64,000 bases of DNA from Squalus acanthias (taxonomy: Eukaryota). A model generated the notes under the pieces. The model saw only the letters and a program-made list of their open reading frames with translations, searched no databases and was not told the origin of the DNA. Where the stretch lies: assembly GCA_030390025.1 (NCBI GenBank), contig JASTWF010000069.1, forward strand, positions 744,001 through 808,000. The letters are read 5' to 3'. Both the position numbers and the translations under genes were made by a program. Shown piece by piece: positions 1 through 12,800 of the stretch (position 1 is the stretch's first letter; each line of letters starts with the position of its first letter).

Positions 1-3000
1 GTACTGCCCCTCCGACAGTGCGGCGCTCCCTCAGTACTGCCCCTCCGACAGTGTCGCACTCCCTCAGTAATGCCCCTTCGACAGCGCAGCGCTCACTCAG
101 TACTGCCCCTCTGATAGTGCGACGCTCCCTCAGTACTACCCCTCCGACAGTGCGGCGCTCCCTCAGTACTGACCCACCGACAGAGCGGTGCTCCCTCAGT
201 ACTCCCTCTCCGACAGTGCAGCGCTCCCTCAGTACTGCCCCTCCGACAGTGCGGCGCTCCCGCAGTACTGCCCCTCCGACAGTGCAGCGCTCACTCAGTA
301 CTGCCCCTCCGAAAGTGCGGCGCTCCTTCAGTACTGCCCCTCCGACAGTGCGGCGTTCCCTCAGTACTGCCCCTCCGACAGTGCGGCGTTCCCTCAGTAC
401 TGCCCCTCCGACAGTGCGGCGCTCCATCAGTAATGCCCCTCTGAAAGTGCGGCGCTCCCTCAGTACTGCCCCACCGACAGTGCGGCGCTCACTCAGTACT
501 GCCCTTCCGAGAGTGCGGCGCTCCCTCAGTACTGCCCCTCCGACAGTGCAGCACTCCCTCAGTACAAGCCCCTCAGACAGTGCAGCGCACCCTCAGTACT
601 GCCCCTCCGACAGTGCGGCGCTCCCTCAGTACTGCCCCTCCGACAGTGCAGCGCTCCCTCAGTACTGTCCCTCCAACAGTGCGGCGCTCCCTCAGTACTG
701 ACACTCCGACAGTGCGGCGCTTCATCAGTAATGCCCCTCTGACAGTGCGGCGCTCCCTCAGTGCCGCCCCTCCGACAGTGCGGCCCTCCCTCAGTAGTGA
801 CCCTCCAACAGTGCGGCGCTCCCTCAGTACTGCCCCTTCGACAGTGCAGCGCTCCCTCAGTACTGCCCCCTCCAGCAGTGCGGCACTCCCTCAGTACTGA
901 TCCTCCGACAGTGTGGCGCTCCCTCAGTACTGCCCCTCCGACAGTGCGGCGCTCCATCAGTAATGCCCCTCTGACAGTGCGGGGCTCACTCAGTACCGCC
1001 GCTCCGACATTGCAGCGATCCCTCAGTACTCCCTCTCCGACAGTGCAGCGCTCCCTCAGTATTGCCCCTCCGACAGTGCAGCGCTCCCTCAGTAATGCCC
1101 CTTCGACAGCGCAGCGCTCACTCAGTACTGCCCCTCCGACAGTGTGACGCTCCCTCAGTACAGCCCCTCTGACAGTGCGGCGCTCCGTCAGTACTGACCC
1201 GACGACAGAGCGGTGCTCCCTCAGTACTGCCCCTCCGACAGTGCTGCGCTCCCGCAGTACTGAGCTACGACAGTGCAGCGCTCACTCAGTCCTGCCCCTC
1301 CAACAGTGCAGCGCTCCTTCAGTACTGCCCCTCCGACAGTGCGGCCTTCCCTCAGTACTGCCCCTCAGACAGTGCGGCGCTCCCTCAGTACTGCCCCTCC
1401 GACAGTGTCGCACTCCCTCAGTAATGACCCTTCGACAGCGCAGCGCTCACTCAGTACTGCCCCTCTGACAGTGCGACGCTCCCTCAGTACTACCCCTCCG
1501 ACAGTGCGGCGCTCCCTCAGTACTGACCCACCGACAGAGCGGTGCTCCCTCAGTACTGCCTCTCCGACAGTGCAGCGCTCCCTCAGTACTGCCCCTCCGA
1601 CAGTGCGGCGCTCCCGCAGTACTGCCCCTCCGACAGTGCGGCACTCCCTCAGTACTGCCCCTTAGACAGTGCGGCGCTCCATCAGTAATGCCCCTCTGAA
1701 AGTGCGGCGCTCCCTCAGTACTGCCCCACCGACAGTGCGGCGCTCACTCAGTACTGCCCTTCCGAGAGTGCGGCGCTCCCTCAGTAGTGCCCCTCCGACA
1801 GTGCAGCACTCCCTCAGTACAAGCCCCTCAGACAGTGCAGCGCACCCTCAGTACTGCCCCTCCGACAGTGCGGCGCTACCTCAGTACTGCCCCTCCAACA
1901 GTGCAGCGCTCCCTCAGTACTGGCCCTCCGACAGTGCGGCGCTCCCTCAGTACTGCCCCTACGACAGTGCGGCGCTCCCTCAGTACTGGCCCTCCGACAG
2001 TGCGGCGCTCCCTCAGTACTGCCCCTCCGACAGTACTGCCCCTCCGACAGTGCGGCACTCCTTTCAGTAATGCCCCTCCGACAGTGCAGCGCTCACTCAG
2101 TACTGCCCTCCGACAGTGCGGCGCTCCATCAGTAATGCCCCTCTGAAAGTGCGGCGCTCCCTCAGTACTGCCCATCCGCTTGTGCGGCGCTCCCTCAGTA
2201 CTACCCCTCCGACAGTGCTGCGCTCCAGCAGTACTGCCCCTCCGACAGTGCGGCGCTCCCTCAGTACTGCCCCTCTGACAGTGCTGCGCTCCCGCAGTAC
2301 TGCCCCTCCGACAGTGCAGAGCTCACTCAGTACTACCCCTCCGACAGTGCGGCGCTCCATCAGTACTGTCCCTCCGACAGTGCGGCGTTCCCTCAGTACT
2401 GCCCCTCCGACAGTGCGGTGCTCCCTCAGTATTGCCCCTGCGACAGTGCGGCGCTCCGTCAGTCCTGCCCCTCTGATGGTGCGGCGCTCCCTCAGTACTG
2501 TCCCTTCGACCGTGCGGCACTCCCTCAGTACTGCCCCTCCGACAGTGCAGCGCTCCCTCAGTACAAGCCTCTCAGACAGTGCAGCGCACCCTCAGTACTG
2601 CCCTTCCGACAGTGCGGCGCTCCCTCAGTACTGCCCCTCCGACAGTGCAGCAGTCCCTCAGTACAAGCCCCTCAGACAGTGCAGCGCACCCTCAGTACTG
2701 CCCCTCCGACAGTGCAGCGCTCCCTCAGTACTGCTGCTCCAACAGTGCAGCGCTCCCTCAGTACTGTCCCTCCAACAGTGCGGCGCTCCCTCAGTACTGC
2801 CCCTCCGACAGTGCGGCGCTTCATCTGTAATGTCCCTCTGACAGTGCGGCGCTCCCTCAGTTCCGCCCCTCCGACAGTGCGGCGCTCCCTCAGTACTGAC
2901 CCTCCGACAGTGCGGCGCTCCCTCAGTACTGCCCCTCCGACAGTGCAGCGCTCCCTCAGTACTGCCCCTCCGACAGTGCAGCGCTCCCTCAGTACTGCCC

Positions 3001-3346
3001 CCTTCAGCAGTGCAGCGATCACTCAGTACAGCCATTCCGACAGTGCGGCGCTCCCTCAGTATCTCCCCTCCGAAAGTGCAGCGCTGCTTCAGTGCTGCCC
3101 CTCCGACAGTGCAGCGCTCCCTCAGTACAGCCCCTCCGACAGTGCGGCGCTCCCTCAGTCCTGCCCCTCCGATAGTGCGGCGCCCCCTCAGTACTTCCCC
3201 CTCCAACAGTGCAGCGATCCCTCAGTACAGCCATTCCGACAGGTCGGCGCTCCCTCAGTACTGACCCTCCGACAGTGCGGCGCTCCCTCAGTACCTCCCC
3301 TCCGACAGTGCAGCGCTCGCTCAGTACCGCCCCTCCGACAGTGCAG
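1..3346. repeat. 33-bp minisatellite (CAGTACTGCCCCTCCGACAGTGCGGCGCTCCCT)n, SINE-derived
   Basis: About 100 variant units; ends at the gtgcag|tcaaaaggagtaac junction with CR1. Confidence 0.97.
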
Positions 3347-6277
3347 TCAAAAGGAGTAACACGGAGGATTGATGAAGGGAATGCAATGGATGTTGTCTGC
3401 ATGAATTTTTGGAAGGCGTTTGACAAAGTACCACATAGAAGGCTGGTTAATAAAATTGAGGCTCATGGAATAGGTGGGTCAGTGGCAGCTTGGATTGGAA
3501 TTGGCTTCAGGACAGAAAACAGCGTGTTGTGGTAAATGGCTGTTTTTCAGACTGGAGGATGGTAGACAGTGGTGTTCCCCAAGGGTCACTGCTGGAGCCA
3601 CTGTTTTATTTGATATATATAAATGACCTGGATATTGGAATACAGAGTAGAATTTATAAATTTGCCGCTGACACCAAAGTTGGGTGTTGTAATGGATTCT
3701 GACCCTGCGTGTCTCGCAGCCTGTGAGATTCACGCGGCTCTGTGCAGCCTGTATGTCAGTGCGGGTCTAGGCCTTGTTGCCTGTTCTGGTCTCCAGCCAG
3801 TCTGGGAACACTAGACACACCTGTGAGTGGTTCGAATCACTCTCCCTTACGGTTCTAGACACTGGACTTAGATGCGAGAGCAGTAATGGAGATAAAACTC
3901 ATGTAGACTTGGTTTGAATGGTACGAAATGGAAAATCTTTATTGCATGATACTTAAGATTATGAAATACATGTCATAAGCACAGATTAATGACAGTACAA
4001 TCTTACAAACAGTTATATAGTCGATCTTAGGGAAACGAGGAACGAACGGCACAAAGTAAATAGGGGCACACATTACAAATATCCTTAATCCTTAAACCCT
4101 CCCCTATCAATATCTATCCTAAACTAGATTCGTAGGATTTCGAGACTCATGCTCACCACTCGTGATAACTCGGAGAAATTCCGAATAGCTGATCGGATGT
4201 TTTTCACCGCAGCACCCACGTGTCGGTCAGGAGATCTCCTGGTCCCACTTGTTTACTTGCTTCTACTGCTCCGGCTAGCAGGCTGGACCGTCTGCTGTGA
4301 TGAAGACCTGTGTTGGTTGGTTTAACAGGTACTCTTGGAGCACAGTTGTCAATATCGTCGATACGATATGTTTTCACATTCCAGTTACTTTGGGCACAGT
4401 CCAGTTATCATCGATGCAATATGTTTCGTTATAAGTTCGAAGAAGTCTTCCTAGCAAGGAAAACTTGGATAATCGACCTACAGGCGCGGTCGGGATTTAC
4501 TGACCGTGGCGATGGATATGGTCTTCCTCTCTTCTCATCTCATCTCATCTCATCTCGGGCCTTCAGTTCCGCTGCCAGTTACCAACATAGGTCTTCGTTA
4601 CGCGACACGAGGTAGATCCGAACGGATCAGAAAGTTCAACAGTCTTTTCAGAAGAGGCAACAGGCAAGCAGAAGCCCAACTACGAGTACACAGGAGCAGC
4701 CACGAGGTTACGAATCGACCGGATAAAAGCACAGGAGCAGCCACGATGATAAGAGCAGCAAGAGCAAGAGAGAGAATGGACGGTTTGGAGCCTGCAATTA
4801 TAGTGCAAAATCTTCCGTTTCCCGCCCAACTATAATGTCCATTCTTTTGTTTAGGGTTTGGCGCCCAAATGTCTTGTATGGGTGATCTCCGTTCTTAATG
4901 GGTTTCGGGGCTACTCGTAAATGTCTGAGTACCTGTTAATATTTCTCCCATTGTTAAATCGGTCGGTGTTCTCCCTGGAGGGGTTTGGGGCTTCCAAGTG
5001 TCCTGTATAACTACCTGCTAACGGCTCTCTCATCGTAGAGTCGTTGGGATTTTACATATTAATGTCTTTTGGATGGGCCCTCGGTACAATGGCTTTCCTT
5101 TGTACCTGGGAGACCGATTTCAGTATCTATGTGTATACTGCAAACCCATAATGTCTCGTGTATTATCTTCACTGTGCTGAATCTTAATCGATCTTGCACA
5201 AATGTTTATTGGAACGCCATCTTGTCTGCCTGTTGAAAAGTCTAGAATGTTCTGTCACGAGGTGCGGCGGCCATTTTACAGGCTGCTTGTGTCCACTTTA
5301 AACCTGCCAGCATTCTGCTGAAATAAAAGCTGTTTGAACGAAACTCTGTGTTTTCTCCTTATTAATAAAATCGCGATATATTGCGAATTCTACAGTGTGT
5401 GGCAAACAGTGACGATGATACCAATCGACTGCAACAGGACATAGAAAGGCTAGCAGAATGGGCAGACAAGTGGCAGATGGAATTTAATACAGAGTAGTGT
5501 GAGGTGATGTATTTTGGCAGAAGGAACACTTAATGCCACAGTTTTAAAGAGTGTGCAGGGACAGAGGGACCTGGGAGGTAATTTGCATCGGTTCCTGAAG
5601 GTGGCAGGACATATTGAGAGTGTGGTTAACAAAGCAAATGGGATCTTCGGCTTCATAAATAGAGGCATTGAGTACAAAAGTAGAGAAGTTATGCTGAACC
5701 TTTATAAAGCGCTGGTTAGGCCACAACTGGAGTATTGCGTCCAGTTCTGGTCACCACACTTTAGGAAGGATGTGAAGGCCCTTGAGAGGTTGCAGAGGAG
5801 ATTTACCAGAATGGTTCCAGGGATGGGGGATCTTAGCTACAAGGACAGGTTGGAGAAGCTGGATTTGTTTTCATTAGAGCAAAGGAGGTTGAGGGGTGAT
5901 TTGATAGAGCTGTACAAGATTCTGATGGGTTTGGATAGGCTAGACAGGGAAAGGCTGTTCCCACTAGTTGATGGTACAAGGACTAGGGGACACAGATTAA
6001 TGTTTTGGGCAAGAGATACAGAGGGAATGTGAGGAAAAATGTTTTTACGCAGCGAGTGGTGAGGACCTGGAACTCGCTGCCGACGGAAGTGGTGGAAGCG
6101 GAGACACTCAATGTTTTCAAGGGGAGACTGGATAGGCACTTGTGGGAAATAAACTTGCAGGGCTACGGGGATAGAGCGGGGGGAATGGGACTGACTGGAT
6201 TGCTCTACAGAGAGCCGGCACGGACTCGATGGGCCGAATGGCCTCCTACTGTGCAGTATGACTCTATGACTCTATGA
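3347..6277 (+). mobile_element. 5'-truncated CR1 LINE (RT plus 3' UTR), interrupted by a solo LTR
   Basis: RT motifs [15 protein letters not shown] and LVRPQLEYCVQFWSP; (TATGACTC)n tail; frameshifted. Confidence 0.93.
3688..5394 (-). mobile_element. 1707-bp solo LTR with 4-bp TSD (GTGT)
   Basis: TGTA...TACA termini. GTGT duplicated at 3684-3687 and 5395-5398. The empty site is seen in the paralogous CR1 near 18380. AATAAA on the - strand near 3940. Confidence 0.85.
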
Positions 6278-6544
6278 CCCTAGTGTATCAGAATGCAGAT
6301 AGTGGCGTGAGTTCTGACGGATCCTAATCCACTGTTCCTGCCTTGAAAGTCAGCACAGAATATACCTCAATGGGTGCATCATTTTGGCATTGTGTTGGGT
6401 GGAAGACTTCACTGAACAGGGTCCTGAGGTCTGTGAGCCAATATACAATGAACTTGTCCACTCCCGTGCCGAGGATTCCCTTCCATCCGTTGGTTGATGG
6501 AGCCATCTGTTGGGTCAAGAATTGTCTTCACATACAGAAACATT

Positions 6545-7308
6545 GGCCCAGAAATTTGACTCGGAGGCTTGCCGCGGGGGTAAGGATCGCGCGCGATCTT
6601 ACCTACCGCGCCTGCCGTTGTGTTTCGGGCCCACAGGATCTTCACGTCCTGGGCCTCTCCCTCGTGCCGGCGCGCAGTGTGTGCGTGTCCCAGGGGCGCA
6701 GTTAGTGCGATGCGACCTCTGGAATCACGTGGGCCATGGAGAGCCAATGGCAGCAGACCATCTTTCATTCATAGATTTGACAGGAGACCTGTCAAATCTA
6801 TGAATACAGATTGCCCCCAAAAGAACAGCTAAACATCAAATAAATTTTTTTAAAAACCGTCACATTAATAAAATAACTATAGTTAAATAAATTAACCACT
6901 TTAAACAAAAATTTAAATTTTTGAAAAAATTTAAATTCTTTTTAAAAGTTATAAAAATAAACTTACCTTTCTTTAAAGTCTCTAAAAAAGATAAACCTGT
7001 TGAAAAAAATGTAAAATTATACTTAATTAACTACTTACCTTGTTAAAAGGGGGTCTTACGCCTCCTTTTTACTTGTGTAAAATCTTCCATACTTACCCTC
7101 GCGTTGAAACCTGAAAAAAAACCTAAGTGTGCTGCGTGCGCGCAGCCTCTAGTGCGCACGCGGTTCACCTAGGAACCGCCCCCTTCGCCATACCGGAAGT
7201 GCCGGTTTCCCGCGCATGCGCAGTGCATGCAGGAAACCGGCACTTCGGGACCGAATACGGGTGAGTACACAACGGGTACTCTCCCGTATTCGGACGAATT
7301 TCTTGCCC
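6545..7308. mobile_element. MITE family A (non-autonomous DNA transposon)
   Basis: Imperfect TIRs GGCCCAGAAATT / AATTTCTTGCCC and an AT-rich core. The empty site is visible at ~57780 in copy 3. Confidence 0.8.
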
Positions 7309-7662
7309 AATATTGTGTGCTGAGGAAAAGGCACGAGGACAGGCGGGTGCGATGTCCACGGGCAAGGTGACTATGAGTCTGTCCGACATGTGGGTTCACT
7401 ATAATGCTCCCCAATCACAGAACACGGGGCGCAGTGTTTGATATTCATTCTTGGATTGTGTTGTCTGAGTAGCTCTTGTCCTTCTGGGTGGTAGAGGTCA
7501 CAGGGGAGGGCGGTGCTGTCAATGTAACCTTGGTGAGTTCCTTGTGTGTCCTGTAGATGGTCCACACTGCAGACACTGTGCGCCAGTGACGGAGGGGGTG
7601 GATATCGAGTCCAGTGGAGCGACAAGCCATCCAGTGCTAAATATTGATATTTCTCTCCCCAG

Positions 7663-8028
7663 CTGTATTGTCAGAGGAGTGGAAAGGCGAGACTCCACGA
7701 GAGGTGACAGCACAGGAAGGTTTGTGTGCACAGATTCCATGTCATTACACTTATCCATCGCGTCTGGCAAACCAACCACGAGTTGGAATCTGGATTAATT
7801 ATGGGGAACGGAGATCATCGTCTATAGCCTTTCACTCCAAGGATCACAATCACTCGTTGCCACAGTTTCGCCATCGGACACGGCTGTCTGGAGACCTGAG
7901 AGATGGTGACTGTTCCCTGATTATAAACAACATCACACAGCGAGACGCAGGACCTTATTATTTCAGAATAGAATTTGACAACTGGAATCAGTTTGACTAC
8001 TGGCCTGGAACACAGCTTCATGTTTCTG
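7663..8028 (+). CDS. Siglec V-set exon (copy 1)
   Basis: ctctccccag|CT GTA TTG ... TCT G|gtaagt, 366 nt, open. Siglec Cys pattern and YYFRIE are present. Confidence 0.93.
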
Positions 8029-8319
8029 GTAAGTGCTGGGTTATAATTACTCCACAATTCACGCTCAACAGTCAGTGGGAAATAACAGAAACTGTGGCGG
8101 TTACACATTAACACAAAACACAGCTTATTATAACACAGCGTCTGATTATCAATAACCTGGCGATACCTTCCAGTTCAGTCCTAAAGCAAACTCTAATACT
8201 CACTTTTTTATCAATGATTGAATGTCTTGACTGTGTCCATCATTGTTATCAGGTTATCGACTCCCATCTATCTCTCTAATTGTGTTTAAAAGTCTTACAT
8301 ACAGACAAAAGACAGTCTC

Positions 8320-8598
8320 ACATTTCTCCAGCACCTTTCACCACCTCAGGAGGTTCCAAAGCGCTTCACAGACAATGAAGTTCTTTTTTTGAAGTGTGGT
8401 CACTGTTGTAATGTAGGAAACATGGCAGCCAGTTTGTGCACAGCAAGCTCCCACAAACAGCAATGGGTTAATGAGCAGATCATCGGGTTTAACATTTCAA
8501 AAGTACTTCATTGGCTGTGAAGCGCTTTGGGACGTCCTGAGGTCTGAAATGCGCTGTAGCAATGCAAGTCTTTCTTTTAAATGTTGGTTGAGGGATAA
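8320..8598 (-). mobile_element. DeuSINE-type SINE 3' fragment (paralogues at ~22180-22457 and ~56500-56770)
   Basis: cacagcaagctcccacaaacagcaatg and ggttgagggataa motifs shared with other SINE copies in the window. Confidence 0.65.
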
Positions 8599-8829
8599 TT
8601 GCAAATTGTTTCTGTCCTGCCATGGAGAGGATTTAATTTAACATTGGCGGAGATCTCTGAGCGAGTGGAGAGCCAGTATTCCTGGGGCTGTGACCAGGTC
8701 CTCCACCCCCACCCAGTATTGTCAATTCAAGGGTCTCGGAGAGAAAGTGCATTATGCTCAGTGACAGAAACTCCGCCAATCCTGGAAATAGGAAATAATA
8801 TTTTCTTACAGATTCACACAAAGTTACAT

Positions 8830-9297
8830 AGAGTCTACCGCACAGAAAGAGGACATTCAGCACAACTGGTCCATCCCGGTGTTTATGCTCCACACCAGCC
8901 TCCTCCCACCCCTCTTCATCTCACCCCATCAACATATCCTTCTATTCCTTTCTCCCTCATGTGTTTATTCAGCTTCCCCTTAAATGCATCTCTGCTCTTC
9001 GCCTCAACCACTCCCTGTGGTAGCGAGTTGCCCATTCTCACCACTCTCTGGGTAAAGAAGTTTCTCCTGAATTCCCTATTGGATTTATCAGTGACTATCT
9101 TATATTGATGGCCCTTAATTCTGGTCTCCCCCACAAGTGGAAACATCTTCTCTACGTCTACCCTATCAAACCCTACCATGATTTTTTGGACCTCTATCAG
9201 GTCACCCCTCAGCCTTCTCTTTTCTAGAGAAAAGAGCCCCAGCCTGTTCAATCATTCCTGATTGTTGTAACCTCTCAGTTCTGGTATTATCCTTGTA
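8830..9297 (-). mobile_element. CR1 3' fragment in the V-C2 intron (paralogues 22690-23157 on -, 55055-55520 on +)
   Basis: LGLFSLEKRRLRGDLIEV...NFFTQRVV CR1 ORF2 C-terminus. Confidence 0.88.
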
Positions 9298-9387
9298 AAA
9301 GTACTTTCTCTTGCGGGACTGTGATTTCTATTTGAACTGATGCCTCAAGTTATATTTATCTAAAAGCATCCATTCTCTGTGTGTTAG

Positions 9388-9681
9388 ATTTCACAGATAA
9401 ACCCAGGATATTCCCTGCTGAAATGATTGCAGGAAAGCGTGTGAACGTAAGCTGCACCTTCAACACCACGTGCACTGGAACAGCACCTGTCTTAACCTGG
9501 GTCAATCACACTGACGTACCCGGGTCAGTCTCAAACAGTGTAACTCAGCATGGCGTCACTCTGACATATACTTCTGTTCTGTCCCTGATTCCATCACTCA
9601 AACACCACGGACAAACTCTCAGCTGCAGAGTCAGATATCCATCTGTTTCATCGGAGCAGACCCTCGCAGTCACTTTGCAAT
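9388..9681 (+). CDS. Siglec C2-set exon (copy 1)
   Basis: gtgttag|AT ... CAA T|gtaagt, 294 nt, open, phase 1/1. Confidence 0.93.
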
Positions 9682-9884
9682 GTAAGTACGGGCTTCCTTA
9701 ATTCTACATTCCCTGTGACAGTCCAGATTGTGCACAGCAAGATCCCACAAGCAGCAATGTTCCGATGACAAGATCATCTGTATTTTACAGCTGGAGCCTT
9801 TGTGGAATAGTGTCAGGGGGACATTTATATCCACCTGAGAGGGCAGACGGTGCCTCAGGTTATAAAATTCATGTGAAAGACGGC

Positions 9885-12800
9885 ACCTCCAACAGTGCGG
9901 CGCTCCCTCAGTACGGCCCCTCGGACAGTGCGGCGCTCGCTCAGTACTGCCCCTTCGACAGGTCGTGGCTTCCTCAGTAATGCCCCTCCAACAGTGCGGC
10001 GCTCCCTCAGTACTGCCCCTCCGACAGTGCGGCGCTCCATCAGTAATGCCCCTCTGACAGTGCGGGGTTCAATCAGTACCGCACCTCCGACAGTGCAGCG
10101 CTCTCTCAGTACTGCCTCTGCGACAGTGCAGCACTCCCTCAGTATTGCACTTCCGACAGTGCATCATTCCCTCAGTGCTCCCCCTCAGACAGTGCGGCGC
10201 TCCCTCAGTACTGCACCCCCGACAATGCGGCGCTCCCTCAGTACTGCCCCTCCGACAGTGCAGCGCTCCCTCAGTAATGCCCCTTCGACAGCGCAGCGCT
10301 AACTCAGTATTGCCCCTCCGACAGTGCGACGCTCTCTCAGTACTGCCCCTCCGACAGTGCGGCGCTCCCTCAGTACTGCCCCTCCGACAGTGCGGCGCTC
10401 CCTCAGTACTGCCCCTCCGACAGTGCAGCGCTCCATCAGTAATGCCCCTCTGAAAGTGCGGCGCTCCCTCAGTACCACCCCTCCGACAGTGCGGCGCTCC
10501 CTCAGTACCACCTCTCCGACAGTGCAGCACTCCCACAGCACTGCCCCCTCCGCCAGTGCGGTGCTCCCTCAGTACTGCCCCTCCGCCAGTGCGGCGCTCC
10601 CTCAGTACTGCCCCTCAGACAGTGCAGCCTACCCTCAGTACTGCTCCTCGGACAGTGCGGCGCTCCCTCAGTACTGCCCCTCCGACAGTGCGGCGCTCCC
10701 TCAGTACTGCCCCTCCGACAGTGCGGTGCTCCCGCAGTACTGCCCCTCCGACAGTGCGGCGCTCACTCAGTATTGCCCCTCCGACAGTGCAGCAATCCCT
10801 CAGTACTGCCCCTCCGACAGTGCAGCGCTCCCTCAGTACTGGCCCTCCGACAGTGCGGCGCTCCCTCAGTACTGCCCCTCCGACAGTGCGGCGCTCCCTC
10901 AGTACTGTTATCCGACAGTGCGGCGCTCCCTCAGTATTGCCCCTCCGATAGTGCGTCACTCCCCCAGTACTGACTCTCCGACAATGCGGCGCTCCATCAG
11001 TAATACCCCTTTGACAGTGCAGCGCTCCCTCAGTACCTCCCCTCCGACAGTGCAGCGCTCCCTCAGTACTGCCTCTCCGACAGTGCAGCGCTCCCTCAGT
11101 ACTGCCCCTCCGATAGTGCGGCGCTCCCTCAGTACTGACCCCCTGACAGTGCGGCGCTCCCTCAGTGCTGCCCCTCCGACAGTGCGGCACTCCCTCAGTA
11201 CTGCCCCTCCGACAGTGCAGCCGCTCCCTCAGTACTGCCCCTCCGACAGTGCGGCGCTCCCTTATTACTGCCCCCTCCGACAGTGCGGTGCTCCCTCAGT
11301 ACTGCCCCTCCGACTAGTGCGGCGCTCCCTCAGTACTGCCCCTCCGACAGTGCGGCGCTCCCTCAGTACTGCCCTCCGACAGTGCGGCGCTCCCTCAGTA
11401 CTGCCCCTCCGACAGTGCGGCGCTCCCTCAGTACTGCCCCTCCGACAGTGCGGCGCTCCCTCAGTACTGCCCCTCCGACAGTGCGGCGCTCCATCAGTAC
11501 TGCCCCTCCGACAGTGCAGGCGCTCCCTCAGTACTGCCCCTCCGACAGTGCAGGCGCTCCCTCAGTACTGCCCCTCCGACAGTGCGGCGCTCCCTCAGTA
11601 CTGCCCCTCCGACAGTGCAGCCTCCCTCAGTACTGCCCTCCGACAGTGCGGCGCTCCCTCAGTACTGCCCCTCCGACAGTGCGGCGCTCCCTCAGTACTG
11701 CCCCTCGGACAGTGCAGGCGCTCCCTCAGTACTGCCCCTCCGACAGTGCGGCGCTCCCTCAGTACTGCCCCTCCAACAGTGCGGCGCTCCCTCAGTACTG
11801 CCCCTCCGACAGTGCGGCGCTCCATCAGTAATGCCCCTCTGACAGTGCGGGGTTCAATCAGTACCGCACCTCCGACAGTGCAGCGCTCTCTCAGTACTGC
11901 CTCTGCGACAGTGCAGCACTCCCTCACTATTGCACTTCCGACAGTGCATCATTCCCTCAGTGCTCCCCCTCAGACAGTGCGGCGCTCCCTCAGTACTGCA
12001 CCCCCGACAATGCGGCGCTCCCTCAGTACTGCCCCTCCGACAGTGCAGCGCTCCCTCAGTAATGCCCCTTTGACAGCGCAGCGCTAACTCAGTATTGCCC
12101 CTCCGACAGTGCGACGCTCTCTCAGTACTGCCCCTCCAACAGTGCGGCGCTCCCTCAGTACTGACACTCCGACAGTGCGGCGCTCCCTCAGTACTGCCCC
12201 TCCGACAGTGCAGCGCTCCATCAGTAATGCCCCTCTGAAAGTGCGGCGCTCCCTCAGTACCACCCCTCCGACAGTGCGGCGCTCCCTCAGTACCACCTCT
12301 CCGACAGTGCAGCACTCCCACAGCACTGCCCCCTCCGCCAGTGCGGTGCTCCCTCAGTACTGCCCCTCCGCCAGTGCGGCGCTCCCTCAGTACTGCCCCT
12401 CAGACAGTGCAGCCTACCCTCAGTACTGCTCCTCGGACAGTGCGGCGCTCCTTCAGTACTGCCCCTCCGACAGTGCGGCGCTCCCTCAGTACTGCCCCTC
12501 CGACAGTGCGGTGCTCCCGCAGTACTGCCCCTCCGACAGTGCGGCGCTCACTCAGTATTGCCCCTCCGACAGTGCAGCAATCCCTCAGTACTGCCCCTCC
12601 GACAGTGCAGCGCTCCCTCAGTACTGCCCCTCCGACAGTGCGGCGCTCCCTCAGTACTGCCCCTCCGACAGTGCGGCGCTCCCTCAGTACTGTCCCTCCA
12701 ACAGTGCGGCGCTCCCTCAGTACTGCCCTCCGACAGTGAGGCTCTCCCTCAGTTCGGCCCCTCCGACAGTGCGGCGCTAACTCAGTACTGCCCATCCGCT

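Noticed and set aside
7663-8028. V-set exon as a rearranging Ig/TCR/NAR V segment
   Set aside because: There is no RSS after the exon, the G strand is encoded in the same exon, and the Cys pattern and YFR are Siglec-type.
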